64,000 bases of DNA from NCBI GenBank assembly GCA_029907105.1, contig JARYMM010000005.1, positions 8,563-72,562 on the forward strand. The letters run 5' to 3'. The DNA is from Anaerolineae bacterium. Its GTDB lineage: Bacteria > Chloroflexota > Anaerolineae > UBA3071. The notes beneath the pieces were generated by a model. That model did no database searches and was not told the DNA's origin. It saw only the letters and a program-made list of their open reading frames with translations. The translations under genes and the position numbers were made by a program. How positions within the stretch are numbered: the stretch's first letter is position 1; each line of letters begins with the position of its first letter. Shown one piece after another: positions 11,701-20,589 of this stretch.

Positions 11701-12175
11701 CCGCCTGACCTTCCATGCCGCAGCCGACGAGGGCCCCAACTGGTCGTGGGCCACAGGCCAGATCGTCTTCCAGTCCGACCGCTTTGGCCCGAATTCCGAG
11801 ATCTTGCGCATGGAGGCCGACGGCAGCGGCGTGGTGCGGCTGACCGTCAACCCCAACGGGGACAGCAGCCCGAGCTGGTCGCCGTCCGCTGATCGGATCG
11901 TCTTCTTCGGCAGCCGCGCCGAGCAGACACTGCACGTGATGCGGGCCGACGGTTCCGGCATTGCGCCGCTCGTCCCGGGCAGCCTGCGTCCGGCGGCTCC
12001 GGCCTGGGGCCCGGCCAGCGCGGGGGACGTCATCGCCTTCCAGGGGTATCGGCCCGGCAGCGGGCATAGCGAGATCTTCCGCGTCGCCCCCAATGGCAGC
12101 GGTTTGGTGCTCTTGACGTTCAACGCCGTGGACTTCGACTATGCGCCAGGGTGGCTGCCGGCGCCATCCCGGTAA
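5792..12175 (+). CDS. Giant secreted modular protein (~2127 aa): BNR/Asp-box propellers, CBM-like modules, PT linkers, YVTN propeller, TolB-like PD40 propeller
   Basis: AAGGAGG RBS then MKTRILLLL signal peptide; many YRSTDxGxTW boxes; LVNGGFE...VDD modules; FASNRDGNGEIY repeats. Confidence 0.85.
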   Translation: MKTRILLLLALALGLAGLGLSGGVQRLEAASSRPWDSAASPQKAEAEWGDWRSGGPYGGDVQALALSPDFGADGLALAGGWRTGYAGPTGYGIARTTDGGASWALLFSGPPWDDLAVFDLAISPAFAADGTAFAATEAGLLRSSDRGNTWTQLHGGLPGPGNDATVDDMGFVRLSPAFAADGTLLTAPRNGSLYRSTDRGNTWTEVLSGPTSAAAFSRFFAANHTAFATQFDGVGATNLRRSTDGGLTWPLVLSLPGVQVNDILETFENALLLATNDGVLRLLPVGGSYVPDTVSPDIEGPVYRLAAAGDHLYAAAQNGLFITLTEGRRWDRYADTPVTPFRSVAPCPYWGSCHAMMAGTHTGILGTPDDNLIPWAWLPGPHALHSESVAASPAYAADGTLFAATDHGLFRSTDRGLSWQLMVAGSPPGDDYAFLRVRISAGYASDGTVFATYENRTLALTALYKSTDRGLTWTVIPGLGGGRALALSPAYPTDRTVFVGRVDVLHKSTDGGNTWTSYPIAPPDEGFFVLELETSPAYASDRTLLATGLGRVRRSTDGGVTWQNLNTYGPSYGLAISPNYAADGTAWHTYRAIEAPGDDTPESGVLRTTDRGTTWSFATAGLPGVYEPFAWPLAASPGFAVDRSLFTALRGQFVAGTEHSLYRSMNGGDTWLKLGHAPGNPNPYDLAVTTNPSGGLTVHMATDAGVWHYSSRCEERLVNGGFEQDLAWQFPVTTYPADYSTSVAHSGLRSLRTGIVSGPDVYSYSSANQAVTIPAGVSSATLTFWWYPISAEGPLAAAAEPDAARLQAVAEGTLPAGVLAGDRQYALLLDSAGHTLKTLLWTRSDARTWQQASFNLAAYAGQAVRVHFGTYNDGDGRSTAMYVDDASLIVCWPGPVEPTPTVTPTNTPTPRLTPTSTPTSTATPTRLPLTPRAYLPLVLRRHTAPRTPTPTATPTRTTTATPTATRTPTATPTPTPTPGATPGPACYEALVNGGFETDAGWVIRPNPVLAAYVTTPVHGGTRSMRTGIAAGGANVESYSPVEQSIRIPPLPFPGMASTAQLSFWRYNVYGDGGAASTQSTSPDLSALPRSEAELAAATFASDFFYAIIIQEDGTIDWLLVERVHNPSWRLMTTSLDIGRYAGKTIRLQFGTYNNGTGGISRTYVDDASLQVCPPAGALLLPGGWVRRVIGRPEMNTLYADVGGALYRSDDAGAHWRLAGMARPEHTILSANPNVLYAGDGYPCYAGGDPAPMWRSTDGGASWHQLPAGLNLKPLAAHPVDARLYAAGCDGPYLSPDGGATFVHQPDPLFSIYDARSIAPVGTAWTDVWIGGVSEGGGGGILVSRDSGDTFAISYPKAGDPEPGWLGRLALDRFRAGGVFAPAYYGFFYTPNDGEAWLNHSQGLEEVTGGIRPSGLHVVIQDPLGGPDGRLFLGTERGLYTRAPNTLLWYKIAGQPFDLLPVRDLLLLDGAPRWLYVTTSFGVFLYDVTHVPPAPTPTSTPTSLPSPSPTPTRTATSTATPTPAATTTPTATRTSTATPTATPTAIPTATPGVWPTPYVLRTLSLPTGSHPHGIGLDGPGDRLYVAFHGPDHTGHTLGVVRTLTLDLMAQAELSPSIGPNGVTALLPGARIAVANRQTDDVAVVDRNTLAVVRRIPAGDMPDGVIVQGNFGYVANFGNDTVTVFDPVSLDVLHTLHVGHEPSLFAADPEAGDVYLSLHGSNQVARLHDGAVVGLYNGIQEPYGLAFDPASRRLYAANRGWAHTVTVIDVISGNVVGTIGVGREPFVLEVNPNSGHLFVVCGDEVKVYRTLDWAPVVNIPVPPGAEEGIALHNALNRVYVTSGEGDALTEIQDAAPPLVLFASNRDGNGEIYRMLPDGQEQIRLTFTAEAYETRPVGSPYGRWIAYERTDPGGTTHLWLMSRDGRNPRQLTFGSSYEHCPAWSGDGTRLAFTSNRDGNWEIYTLRLADGLVTRLTFHAAADEGPNWSWATGQIVFQSDRFGPNSEILRMEADGSGVVRLTVNPNGDSSPSWSPSADRIVFFGSRAEQTLHVMRADGSGIAPLVPGSLRPAAPAWGPASAGDVIAFQGYRPGSGHSEIFRVAPNGSGLVLLTFNAVDFDYAPGWLPAPSR

Positions 12176-12337
12176 CTGCGGCCTGTTCGTTGGCTGACGA
12201 TTTCAGCGCGGAGGACGCCGAGCCCGCTGAGAAAAGCCTCCGAATTCCCTTACTCTGCATTCTCTGCGGCCTCTGCGGCACAACGGCCAATACTTTGGGA
12301 AAGCCCTTTTCGAGCATTGAGACAAGGAGAACTGAAC

Positions 12338-15300
12338 ATGAGAAAGCGGATTCTGCCCCCACTCGTCCTGGCCCTGATCCTCAGCGTCCTGACCCTGGGC
12401 ACCGCAAGCTGGGCCCTGGAAAGCGGAAACGCACAGGTTGTATACCCAATATCCAATCTCCAATCTCCAACTTCCGACTTCCAACCCCTGACCTCCGGCC
12501 CGCGCGGCGGCAGCGTGGCTGCCGTGGCCATCTCCCCCAACTTCCCCAGCGACCGCATCGCCTTCGCCGGCGTGCGGGGGTATGGTGTCTACCGCTCCAC
12601 CAATGGCGGCTGGAGCTGGGAACGGGTCACCCCCGACGAGGAGCGCTCCGGCTGGGCCATCGGCGACCTGGAGGTGTCGCCCGCCTTTCCGGACGACGAG
12701 ACCGTGTTCGTACTGACGAACATCTGGACGTATGGCGGCAACGTCTACCGCTCCACCGACGGCGGCGACACCTGGTATCCGCCGCAGAGCCATCCCGATG
12801 GCATACTGCCCGGCCTGCGCGCCCTGGCCGTCTCCCCCGATTTCGCCAACGACCAGACGGTCTACGCCCTGCACAGTTCGCGCAGCCTGGTCTCCACTGA
12901 CGGCGGCCGCCACTTCACCGACCTGCCCGACTGGTTCGGCGGCCAGAACGTGCAGGTGCTGGCCTTCTCGCCCCGCTACGCCACAGACCGCATCCTCTTC
13001 GCCGTCGCCGGCGGGACGCTCTACCGTTCCACCAATGCCGGCGGGAGCTGGACAGCCATCGGCGCCGGGTTGCCCGGCTCCCCGGAGGTGCTGGCCGTGG
13101 CCCCCGGCTTCGCCCATCCGGGGCCGCTGCTGGCCGTCTCCTCGCTGGATCACGCCGTTTACTTCTCCAGCGACAGCGGCGACCACTGGGTAGCGAGCGA
13201 CCTGACCCTGGGCGCGAGCACCAGGCCCTGGCTGGCCTTTGCCCCGGACTACCCCAGCAGCCTGGTCGCCTTCGCCGGCAGCGGCGGGCCGACGGGCGTC
13301 TATCGCTCCACCGACGGCGGGTTGCATTGGCAGGTGGTGGGTGAGCCGACCGAGGATGGCAACGGCTTGCCCGGCCCCAACTCCTTCGACATGGCCTTCT
13401 CGCCCGCCTACGCCACCGACTATCTCAGCCTGCTGGCCACCAGTGCGGGCGTCTATCGCACGGCCAGCCCCGGCGACCCGCCGCCCTGGTGGCCGCGCAA
13501 CGACGGCCTGCCGCGGCTGCCCGTGGCCCGCATCGCCGCCGCCCCGGCCTGGACGAACACCCTCTTCGCCGCCACCTCTTTCTTCGAGACGGTGCGCGCC
13601 TACTCCACCAGCAGCCGCTACGACGGCAACATCCACCGCTCCACCGACGGCGGCCAGACCTGGCAGCCGGTCAGCCCGCGCCTCGACTCCGTGCAGGCCC
13701 TGGTCATCTCGCCCAACTTCCCCGGCGATCACACCCTCTTCGCCGCCACCGGCTACCTGGCCGGGCACGGCCAGCAGGGCGGCACCGTCTACCGCTCCAC
13801 CGACAGCGGCCTGCACTGGGAGGCCGTGGGCGACCTGGTTTACATCCACGACCTGGTCATCTCGCCCGACTACGGGCACGATCGGACGCTCTTCGCCAAC
13901 GCCCAGTACAGCACGGGCATGCCTGTGGGACCGGGCATCTTTCGCTCCACCGACGGCGGCGAGACCTGGACGCGCCTCAGCGACATGTTCCCGGCCTGGC
14001 TGGCCATCTCGCCCAACTTTGCCGACGACAACATCCTCTTCGCCGCCACGCCCGCCAGCCTCTACCGCTCCGCCAACCGCGGCGCCAGCTGGACGCCGGT
14101 GCTGGGCGGCAGCTTCTCCGCACCGCCGGTCATCTCGCCGCACTTCTGGCTCGACCGTACCGCCTACGTGGTCAACGGCGATCAGCTCTACCGCTCCAAA
14201 GATGCCGGGCTCACCTGGCAGCCGGTGGCGGATGATCTGCCCGACGGGCCAGGGCCTGTGCTGCGCTTCGGCCCGGCGGACGGTCTGACGACAGTCGTGG
14301 GTGGAAGCGTAGGAACTGGGGGAACTCAGGGGACTCAGAGTATTGTTTTCCATTCCACCGACGGCGGCAGCCACTGGCCCTCCCTGGACGGCCCGCTGCC
14401 CATGGGCGTGGACGATATGCTCTGGTACCGCTCCGTGCCCGGCAACATGTGGACGCTTTTCGCTGCCGGCGACGACGGGCTGTGGTCGCTGCGCTGGGCC
14501 GAGGAGGCCCCCTGGTTCGGCGAGTGGCGCAGCGGCGGCCCCCGTGGCGGCCAGGCGCTGGCCATTGCCCTCTCGCCGGAATTCGCCAGTGACGGCCTGG
14601 TCTTCGCCGGCGGCGGCCAGTGGCTCTCCGGTCGCGGCGACCGCACCGGCAAGGGGCTTTTCCGCTCCGCCGATGGCGGCCAGACCTGGATGGCCAGCGG
14701 CAAAAGCACCTTCAGCGGCTACGCCAGTTCCATCGAGGACGTGGACATCTCCAGCCACTGGCCCAGCGACGGCACAGCCTTCGTCGGCACCTGGGGCGGC
14801 GTCTACCGCACTACCGACTGGGGGGCGACCTGGCAGCGGGTGGCCGAGGAGGTGCTGCACACGCCCGGCGCGGCCACCACCGTGGCCATGTCCCCCGGCT
14901 TCTACCTGGATGGCATCGTCCTGGCCGGCGGCGGCTACGGCGGCCTGTTCTACACCGAAGATGGCGGCGACCACTGGCAGATCACCCTGGGGGAGATCGG
15001 CCCCTCCGCCGACGTGGCTTTCTCGCCTGCCTTCCTGGCCGATACCACGGCCTTCGCCGGGGCTTACGATGGCGTCTGGCGCACGGAGGACCGCGCCGCC
15101 CACTGGGGCCACGTCCTGGACCTGGACAGCGGCTCGGTCAGCGACGTGGAGGTCTCCTGTGACTTTGAAAACGACCGTACCGTCTACGCCGCCACCTGGA
15201 TCGGCACCGCGCCGCCGTACATGATGCGTTCCACCGACGGCGGCGACACCTGGCACGTGGCCGACAGCGGCCTGGACCGCCTGATCAACGCGATGGACAC

Positions 15301-18300
15301 CGCCTGCGACGGCGGTAGCACCATCCTCTTCGCCGGCGGCACGGCTCTCTTCCGCTCCACCGATGGCGGCGAAAGCTGGCAGATGCTCCCCGGCTGGCCG
15401 GAAGGGGTCAGCATCCAGGAACTGGCCGTCTCGCCGCAATTCGCCAGCGATCACACGCTGCTGGCCGGCACCTACGCCGGCGTTTACCGCTCTACCGACG
15501 GCGGGGCAAGCTGGACGCTGAGCGAAGGCTTCGTGCCCCTGGAGACGCGCGTGGTGGCCCCCTCGCCCGCCTATGCCGCCGACGGCACGCTGTTTGCGGG
15601 CACGGAGATGGGAGTCTATCGTTCCACCGACCGGGGCCATAGCTGGCAACCGGCCAACAAGGGGCTGGTGGGCAGCTACGCCGTGACCATTCTCGACGTC
15701 GTCGTCTCGCCCCAGTTCGCCAGCGACCACACGCTGTTCGCCTCCTGGAAGCTGAGCGGCCGCATCGGCGGCAACGTCTACCGCTCCACCGACGCCGGAG
15801 AAAACTGGGAGCGGCTCTGGGGCACGGGATACGTCGGTGACCTGGCCATCTCGCCCCAGTTCCCTGGCGATCAGACCCTCTTCGCCGTCGCCGAGGGCAT
15901 GGTCTTCAAGTCCACCGACGGCGGCGTGAGCTTCACGCCCAAACTATCCGAGTTGACGCCGGCGGTGGAAATCGGCATCTCGCCGCAATACGGCAGCGAT
16001 CACACGGTGTACGCCGTGGGCTATGGCCCTGTCTACCGCTCCACCGACGGCGGCGAGACCTGGTTGCCGCTTGCCGGCTGGCCGCCTCACTACGGCATCG
16101 GCCTCTCGCCCGCCTTCGGTGCCGACGGCACGCTCTTTGCCACCTACCGGGAGATCGAGGGCTCCGGCCTGCGGCCGGAGAGCGGCGTCATCCGCTCCAC
16201 CAACCGCGGCGCGAGCTGGGACCTGGCCACGGCTGGACTGCCCGGCACCTACGAACCATGGCCGCAGTCACTGGCTCTCTCGCCTGATTTCGCCACCGAT
16301 CGCATGCTCTTCACCGCCGTGAGCGGCATCCCCCACCTGGGGCCGAACCAGGTCTACGGCTCGGCCAGCGCGGGCGATGGCTGGGCCCCGCTGCCGCCCA
16401 TCCCCGGCGAGCCATCCCTCTACAAGCTCTCGGTCAGCTCCCCTCTCCCTCTGGGAGAGGGGCCGGGGGTGAGGGAACTGCACGCCGGCACTGCGGCGGG
16501 AGCCTGGCATTACTCGTCGGCCTGTTTCAACGCCATCGCCAACAGCGGCTTCGAGTTCGACACCGGCTGGACAATGCCCATCACGCCCTATCCCGCAGCC
16601 TACAGCACCGACCTGGCGCACAGCGGCTATCGCTCGCTGCGCACGGGCATCCCCCCTGGCGGCCCCAACATGCTCAGCTACTCCTCTGCTTACCAGACGG
16701 TGAGCATCCCCGCCGGCGCCGCCTCGGTCACGCTGCGTTTCTGGGAGTACCCGCTTTCCGGCGAGGCCAGCCAGCTCAAGATGCCGGCCCACGTCAACCC
16801 CCTGACCGCCTCCCTGGCCGTGGACGCCCAATACGTCCTGGTGCTCGACGCCAGCGGCCAGTGGCTGCGCACGCTGCTCTGGCAGGCTGCGGACAGTCGG
16901 CTGTGGACCCAGCACCAGTTCGACCTCAGTGACTATGCCGGCCAGACCATCCGGCTGCATTTCGGCACCTACAACAACGGCACAGGCGGCCTCACGGCCA
17001 TGTACGTGGACGACGTCGTGCTGGAGGTCTGCCCGGAGCTGCCGCCCACGCCCACGCCGACACGCACGCCCACGGCGACGCCCACCGTCGGCCCCAGCCC
17101 CACCCCCACGGCCACACCGGTGCGCGACCGCTTCCAGTACCTGCCGTTGGTGCTGAAGCGCTATGTGCCGCCGAGGCCCACGCCGACGGCCACACCCACC
17201 CGCACGCCCTCGCCGACACGTACTCCGACGCCGACCTTCACGCCGTCGCCCACCGTCGGCCCCAGCCCCACGGCCACACCCACACCCACGCCCAGCGGCG
17301 CATGCACGGAGGCCGTGGTCAACGGCGGCTTCGAGACGGATGAGGTCTGGGTGCGGCCGGTGACGGCCATGCAGGCTGTTTACAGCACTGCCGTCGCTCA
17401 CGGCGGCACCCGCTCCATGCGCACCGGCATCCCCGCCGGGGGCAGCAACATCCTCAGCTACTCCTCGGCTTACCAGACCATCACCCTGCCCCCTGGCCCT
17501 GGCACGGCCACGCTGAGCTTCTGGTACTATCCTGTGTCCGGCGAGGCGACGGCAACGACTTCCCAACTTCAAGCCGAGGGAGGGTATTCGATATTGGATA
17601 CCAGATATTCCAATATCCAGTACCCGATATCCAATACCCAATATCCATCCTTCAGCCCTGCCGCGGCGGATCGGCAGTATGCTTTGCTACGTGATGGGGC
17701 CGGCACCTGGCACGTGCTGCTGTGGACGCTCTCCAACGCCCGCACCTGGCTGCGCTATGAGGCGGACCTTTCTGCCTATCGCGGGCAGACGGTGCGGCTG
17801 CACTTCGAGACCTACAACGACGGCGTGGGTGGCACCACGGCCATGTACCTGGACGACGTCAGCATCCAGGTCTGCCCGCCGACCCCGCCGACGCCCACGG
17901 CCACCCTGACGCCGACGCCCACCCGCACGCCGCCGGCGGACGCCTTGATCATCAACGGCGAATGGGTGCACGGCCTGGTGGGTCACCGCGCCAGCAGCAC
18001 GCTGTATGCCTACAGCGCCACCCACCTCTACCGCTCCAACGATGCGGGCATGACCTGGGCGACGGCAGGCAGCGCCGTGGGCGAGTTCCTGATGAGCCCG
18101 GCCAATCCCAACGTGCTCTACCGTGGCCCCGGCTACCCCTGCCTGGCCGGCGGGCCGGACGTGCCCATGTACAAAAGCACTGACGGCGGAGCGAGTTGGT
18201 TCGAACTGCCGGCGGGACTGAACCTCAAGGTTCTGGCAGCGCATCTGACCGACCCCAACCGCGTCTACGCCGCCGGATGCAATGGCCCCTACCTCACCAG

Positions 18301-20071
18301 CGACGGCGGCGCCACCTGGACGCATCAGCCCTCGCCGCTATGGGGCGTCCTGGAGGTGAAGCACATCGCCCCTGTGGAACCGACCTGGCAGACGGTGTAC
18401 GCGGCCGGCGTCAGCGAAGGCGGCGGCGGCGCAATCCTCAAGAGCAGCGACGGCGGCGCGACCTGGCAACAGGCGACGCCGCTCTACGCCGACATCTGGT
18501 GGATCACCGACCTGCTGGTGGACCCGGCCAATACGCTGGTGGTGCGCTTCACCGAGCCGCACATGCCGTGGTGGAGCCGCGACGGCGGCACCACCTGGTG
18601 GTGGAGCTGGTCCGGCCTGCATGACGTGGTCTATAACCCCGGCGGCCCGCCCGATCAGACCTACGGCCTCTACGACCTGGAGCTGGACGCCGCCGATCAC
18701 GAGCAGCTTTACCTGGGCACCATCCGCGGGCTCTACGTCAGCGGCGACGGCGGCTGGGCCTGGTACAAGGTCACGGGCGGCCATACGTGGGAGAATGCGC
18801 CCCTGGGCAAACTGCTGCTCCTGGAAGCGGCGCCCACGAAGCTCTACCTGGTGCGGGGTGGGCAGCAAGGTGTCCATGTCTTCGACCTGGGCGGCCTGCC
18901 CCCCATCCCCACACCGACGCCGACCAACACGGTGACGCCCACGGCCACGCGTACTCCCACGCCCACAGCGACGCGCACGCCGACACCCACCCCCACGCGT
19001 ACACCCACCGGCACAGCGACGCCCACCGCGACGCGCACGCCGACGCCGGCGGCGCCCTATGTGCTGGCGACCATTGCCCTGCCCGCAGGCAGCCACCCGC
19101 ATGGCGTGGCCCTCGACCTGGCCGGAAACCGCGCCTTCGTCGGCCATCATGGCCTGAACCACGACGGCCATGCCCTCTCCGTCATTAACGGCAACACGCT
19201 GGCCGTGGCAGCCACCATTGACCTGGGGACAGCAGCGCAAGGACCCAATGGCGTCGCTTACCACCCGGCCACGGATCGGGTCTACGTGGCCAATCGCAAC
19301 AGCAACAACGTCTCCGTGGTCAATCCGACGGCGGGCATCGTGGTCAAGCATCTGCCTGTGGGCTCCATGCCCAACGGCGTAGCTGTGGTGGACAACCTGG
19401 TGTACGTGGCCAACTTCAACGACGGCACGGTGACGGTGATAGACGCCAGCACAGCCACGGTGGATCACACCATCCCGCTAGTGGGGACGCAGCCGTCGCA
19501 CTTCGCCGTGGACCAGGCCCAGAGCTACGCCTATCTGAGCCTGCATGGCGACGGGGCGGTGAGCTACCTGCACGACGGCGACCGCTGGAACTATCTTCCC
19601 GGCATACCCGAAGCCTATGGGATTGCCTTCAATCCTGTGGCCCGCCGGCTGTACGTGGGCAGCCGCGGGTTCCACCACAGGGTGACGATGGTGGATGTGG
19701 ACACGAACACCCAGCTGGGCGCGTTCCCGGTGGACTGTGAACCGTACATGCTGGGCGTCAACCCCAACACGGGGCACTTCTTCGTCGTCAACAGGGACTT
19801 CGTGCAGGTACGGCGCACGGCAGATACGACCCTGGTGACCACGCTGCCACTGCCCATCGGGGCGGAGGAGGGGATCGCTGTGGACACGGTGCGCAACCGC
19901 GTCTACATCACCAGCCGCGACTCGGACACGGTGACCGTAGTGCAGGATACACCACTACCTGTCACTGCGAGCGAAGCGAAGCAGTCTCCTGGAATCAATA
20001 GGAGATTGCTTCGCCCCTTCGGGGCTCGCAATGACGCCAACTCAACGCTATATCTCACGTTGCAAGGCTGA
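12338..20071 (+). CDS. Giant secreted modular protein (~2577 aa), paralog of the upstream gene
   Basis: AAGGAG RBS and MRKRILPP signal peptide; two BNR superblocks, two CBM-like modules, PT linkers, YVTN propeller; C-terminus encoded by a MITE. Confidence 0.85.
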   Translation: MRKRILPPLVLALILSVLTLGTASWALESGNAQVVYPISNLQSPTSDFQPLTSGPRGGSVAAVAISPNFPSDRIAFAGVRGYGVYRSTNGGWSWERVTPDEERSGWAIGDLEVSPAFPDDETVFVLTNIWTYGGNVYRSTDGGDTWYPPQSHPDGILPGLRALAVSPDFANDQTVYALHSSRSLVSTDGGRHFTDLPDWFGGQNVQVLAFSPRYATDRILFAVAGGTLYRSTNAGGSWTAIGAGLPGSPEVLAVAPGFAHPGPLLAVSSLDHAVYFSSDSGDHWVASDLTLGASTRPWLAFAPDYPSSLVAFAGSGGPTGVYRSTDGGLHWQVVGEPTEDGNGLPGPNSFDMAFSPAYATDYLSLLATSAGVYRTASPGDPPPWWPRNDGLPRLPVARIAAAPAWTNTLFAATSFFETVRAYSTSSRYDGNIHRSTDGGQTWQPVSPRLDSVQALVISPNFPGDHTLFAATGYLAGHGQQGGTVYRSTDSGLHWEAVGDLVYIHDLVISPDYGHDRTLFANAQYSTGMPVGPGIFRSTDGGETWTRLSDMFPAWLAISPNFADDNILFAATPASLYRSANRGASWTPVLGGSFSAPPVISPHFWLDRTAYVVNGDQLYRSKDAGLTWQPVADDLPDGPGPVLRFGPADGLTTVVGGSVGTGGTQGTQSIVFHSTDGGSHWPSLDGPLPMGVDDMLWYRSVPGNMWTLFAAGDDGLWSLRWAEEAPWFGEWRSGGPRGGQALAIALSPEFASDGLVFAGGGQWLSGRGDRTGKGLFRSADGGQTWMASGKSTFSGYASSIEDVDISSHWPSDGTAFVGTWGGVYRTTDWGATWQRVAEEVLHTPGAATTVAMSPGFYLDGIVLAGGGYGGLFYTEDGGDHWQITLGEIGPSADVAFSPAFLADTTAFAGAYDGVWRTEDRAAHWGHVLDLDSGSVSDVEVSCDFENDRTVYAATWIGTAPPYMMRSTDGGDTWHVADSGLDRLINAMDTACDGGSTILFAGGTALFRSTDGGESWQMLPGWPEGVSIQELAVSPQFASDHTLLAGTYAGVYRSTDGGASWTLSEGFVPLETRVVAPSPAYAADGTLFAGTEMGVYRSTDRGHSWQPANKGLVGSYAVTILDVVVSPQFASDHTLFASWKLSGRIGGNVYRSTDAGENWERLWGTGYVGDLAISPQFPGDQTLFAVAEGMVFKSTDGGVSFTPKLSELTPAVEIGISPQYGSDHTVYAVGYGPVYRSTDGGETWLPLAGWPPHYGIGLSPAFGADGTLFATYREIEGSGLRPESGVIRSTNRGASWDLATAGLPGTYEPWPQSLALSPDFATDRMLFTAVSGIPHLGPNQVYGSASAGDGWAPLPPIPGEPSLYKLSVSSPLPLGEGPGVRELHAGTAAGAWHYSSACFNAIANSGFEFDTGWTMPITPYPAAYSTDLAHSGYRSLRTGIPPGGPNMLSYSSAYQTVSIPAGAASVTLRFWEYPLSGEASQLKMPAHVNPLTASLAVDAQYVLVLDASGQWLRTLLWQAADSRLWTQHQFDLSDYAGQTIRLHFGTYNNGTGGLTAMYVDDVVLEVCPELPPTPTPTRTPTATPTVGPSPTPTATPVRDRFQYLPLVLKRYVPPRPTPTATPTRTPSPTRTPTPTFTPSPTVGPSPTATPTPTPSGACTEAVVNGGFETDEVWVRPVTAMQAVYSTAVAHGGTRSMRTGIPAGGSNILSYSSAYQTITLPPGPGTATLSFWYYPVSGEATATTSQLQAEGGYSILDTRYSNIQYPISNTQYPSFSPAAADRQYALLRDGAGTWHVLLWTLSNARTWLRYEADLSAYRGQTVRLHFETYNDGVGGTTAMYLDDVSIQVCPPTPPTPTATLTPTPTRTPPADALIINGEWVHGLVGHRASSTLYAYSATHLYRSNDAGMTWATAGSAVGEFLMSPANPNVLYRGPGYPCLAGGPDVPMYKSTDGGASWFELPAGLNLKVLAAHLTDPNRVYAAGCNGPYLTSDGGATWTHQPSPLWGVLEVKHIAPVEPTWQTVYAAGVSEGGGGAILKSSDGGATWQQATPLYADIWWITDLLVDPANTLVVRFTEPHMPWWSRDGGTTWWWSWSGLHDVVYNPGGPPDQTYGLYDLELDAADHEQLYLGTIRGLYVSGDGGWAWYKVTGGHTWENAPLGKLLLLEAAPTKLYLVRGGQQGVHVFDLGGLPPIPTPTPTNTVTPTATRTPTPTATRTPTPTPTRTPTGTATPTATRTPTPAAPYVLATIALPAGSHPHGVALDLAGNRAFVGHHGLNHDGHALSVINGNTLAVAATIDLGTAAQGPNGVAYHPATDRVYVANRNSNNVSVVNPTAGIVVKHLPVGSMPNGVAVVDNLVYVANFNDGTVTVIDASTATVDHTIPLVGTQPSHFAVDQAQSYAYLSLHGDGAVSYLHDGDRWNYLPGIPEAYGIAFNPVARRLYVGSRGFHHRVTMVDVDTNTQLGAFPVDCEPYMLGVNPNTGHFFVVNRDFVQVRRTADTTLVTTLPLPIGAEEGIAVDTVRNRVYITSRDSDTVTVVQDTPLPVTASEAKQSPGINRRLLRPFGARNDANSTLYLTLQG

Positions 20072-20085
20072 AGGCAGGCAGTTAC
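19954..20085 (+). mobile_element. MITE family A, copy 2 (left end eroded)
   Basis: Near-identical to 5537-5672 and 23901-24042; right end GGCAGTTAC intact, no TSD visible. Confidence 0.8.
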
Positions 20086-20107
20086 GTTAGAACGGGCGTT
20101 CGGAAAC

Positions 20108-20136
20108 TTGACAAATCTGGCTTTCTGTGGTATTGT
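20108..20136 (+). promoter_or_regulatory. sigma70 promoter of ssb
   Basis: TTGACA-17 bp-TATTGT with extended -10 TG. Confidence 0.65.
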
Positions 20137-20208
20137 TGCCCTGTCGTAGCCGCTTGCACAGCGGTCTTGGTAAAGCTCCCATTTACAACACAGAAAGGAG
20201 TTATGCCC

Positions 20209-20589
20209 ATGTACCAGAACACGGTCATCGTGGGAAATCTGGGCCGCGACCCGGAAATGCGCTACACGCCCAGCGGCATCCCCGTCACCAACTTCACCGT
20301 AGCGGTGAACGAGCGCTGGGTAGATCAGGACAACCAGCCGCAGGAACGCACCACCTGGTTCCGGGTCACGGCGTGGCGCAAGCTGGCCGAGGTATGCAAT
20401 CAGTATCTCAGCAAAGGCCGGCAAGTGTTGGTGGAAGGCCGGGTCAGCGCCTCGGCCTGGCAGAATCAGGCCGGAGAGCCACAGGCCACCCTTGAGCTCA
20501 CGGCGCGGACAGTGAAATTCCTGGGGCGGCGGGAGGCTGCTGAGGTCGAGGGGCCCATAGAGGAGGAAGAGGAGATCCCTCCGTTCTAG
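20209..20589 (+). CDS. ssb: Single-stranded DNA-binding protein
   Basis: VGNLGRDPEMRYTPSG, TTWFRVTAW, YLSKGRQVLVEGR, acidic tail EEEIPPF. Confidence 0.95.
   Translation: MYQNTVIVGNLGRDPEMRYTPSGIPVTNFTVAVNERWVDQDNQPQERTTWFRVTAWRKLAEVCNQYLSKGRQVLVEGRVSASAWQNQAGEPQATLELTARTVKFLGRREAAEVEGPIEEEEEIPPF

Noticed and set aside
6248..15730. Very long antisense ORFs (6248-10258, 12203-15730, and others such as 46674-49385)
   Set aside because: Shadow frames of high-GC real genes; no motifs or RBS
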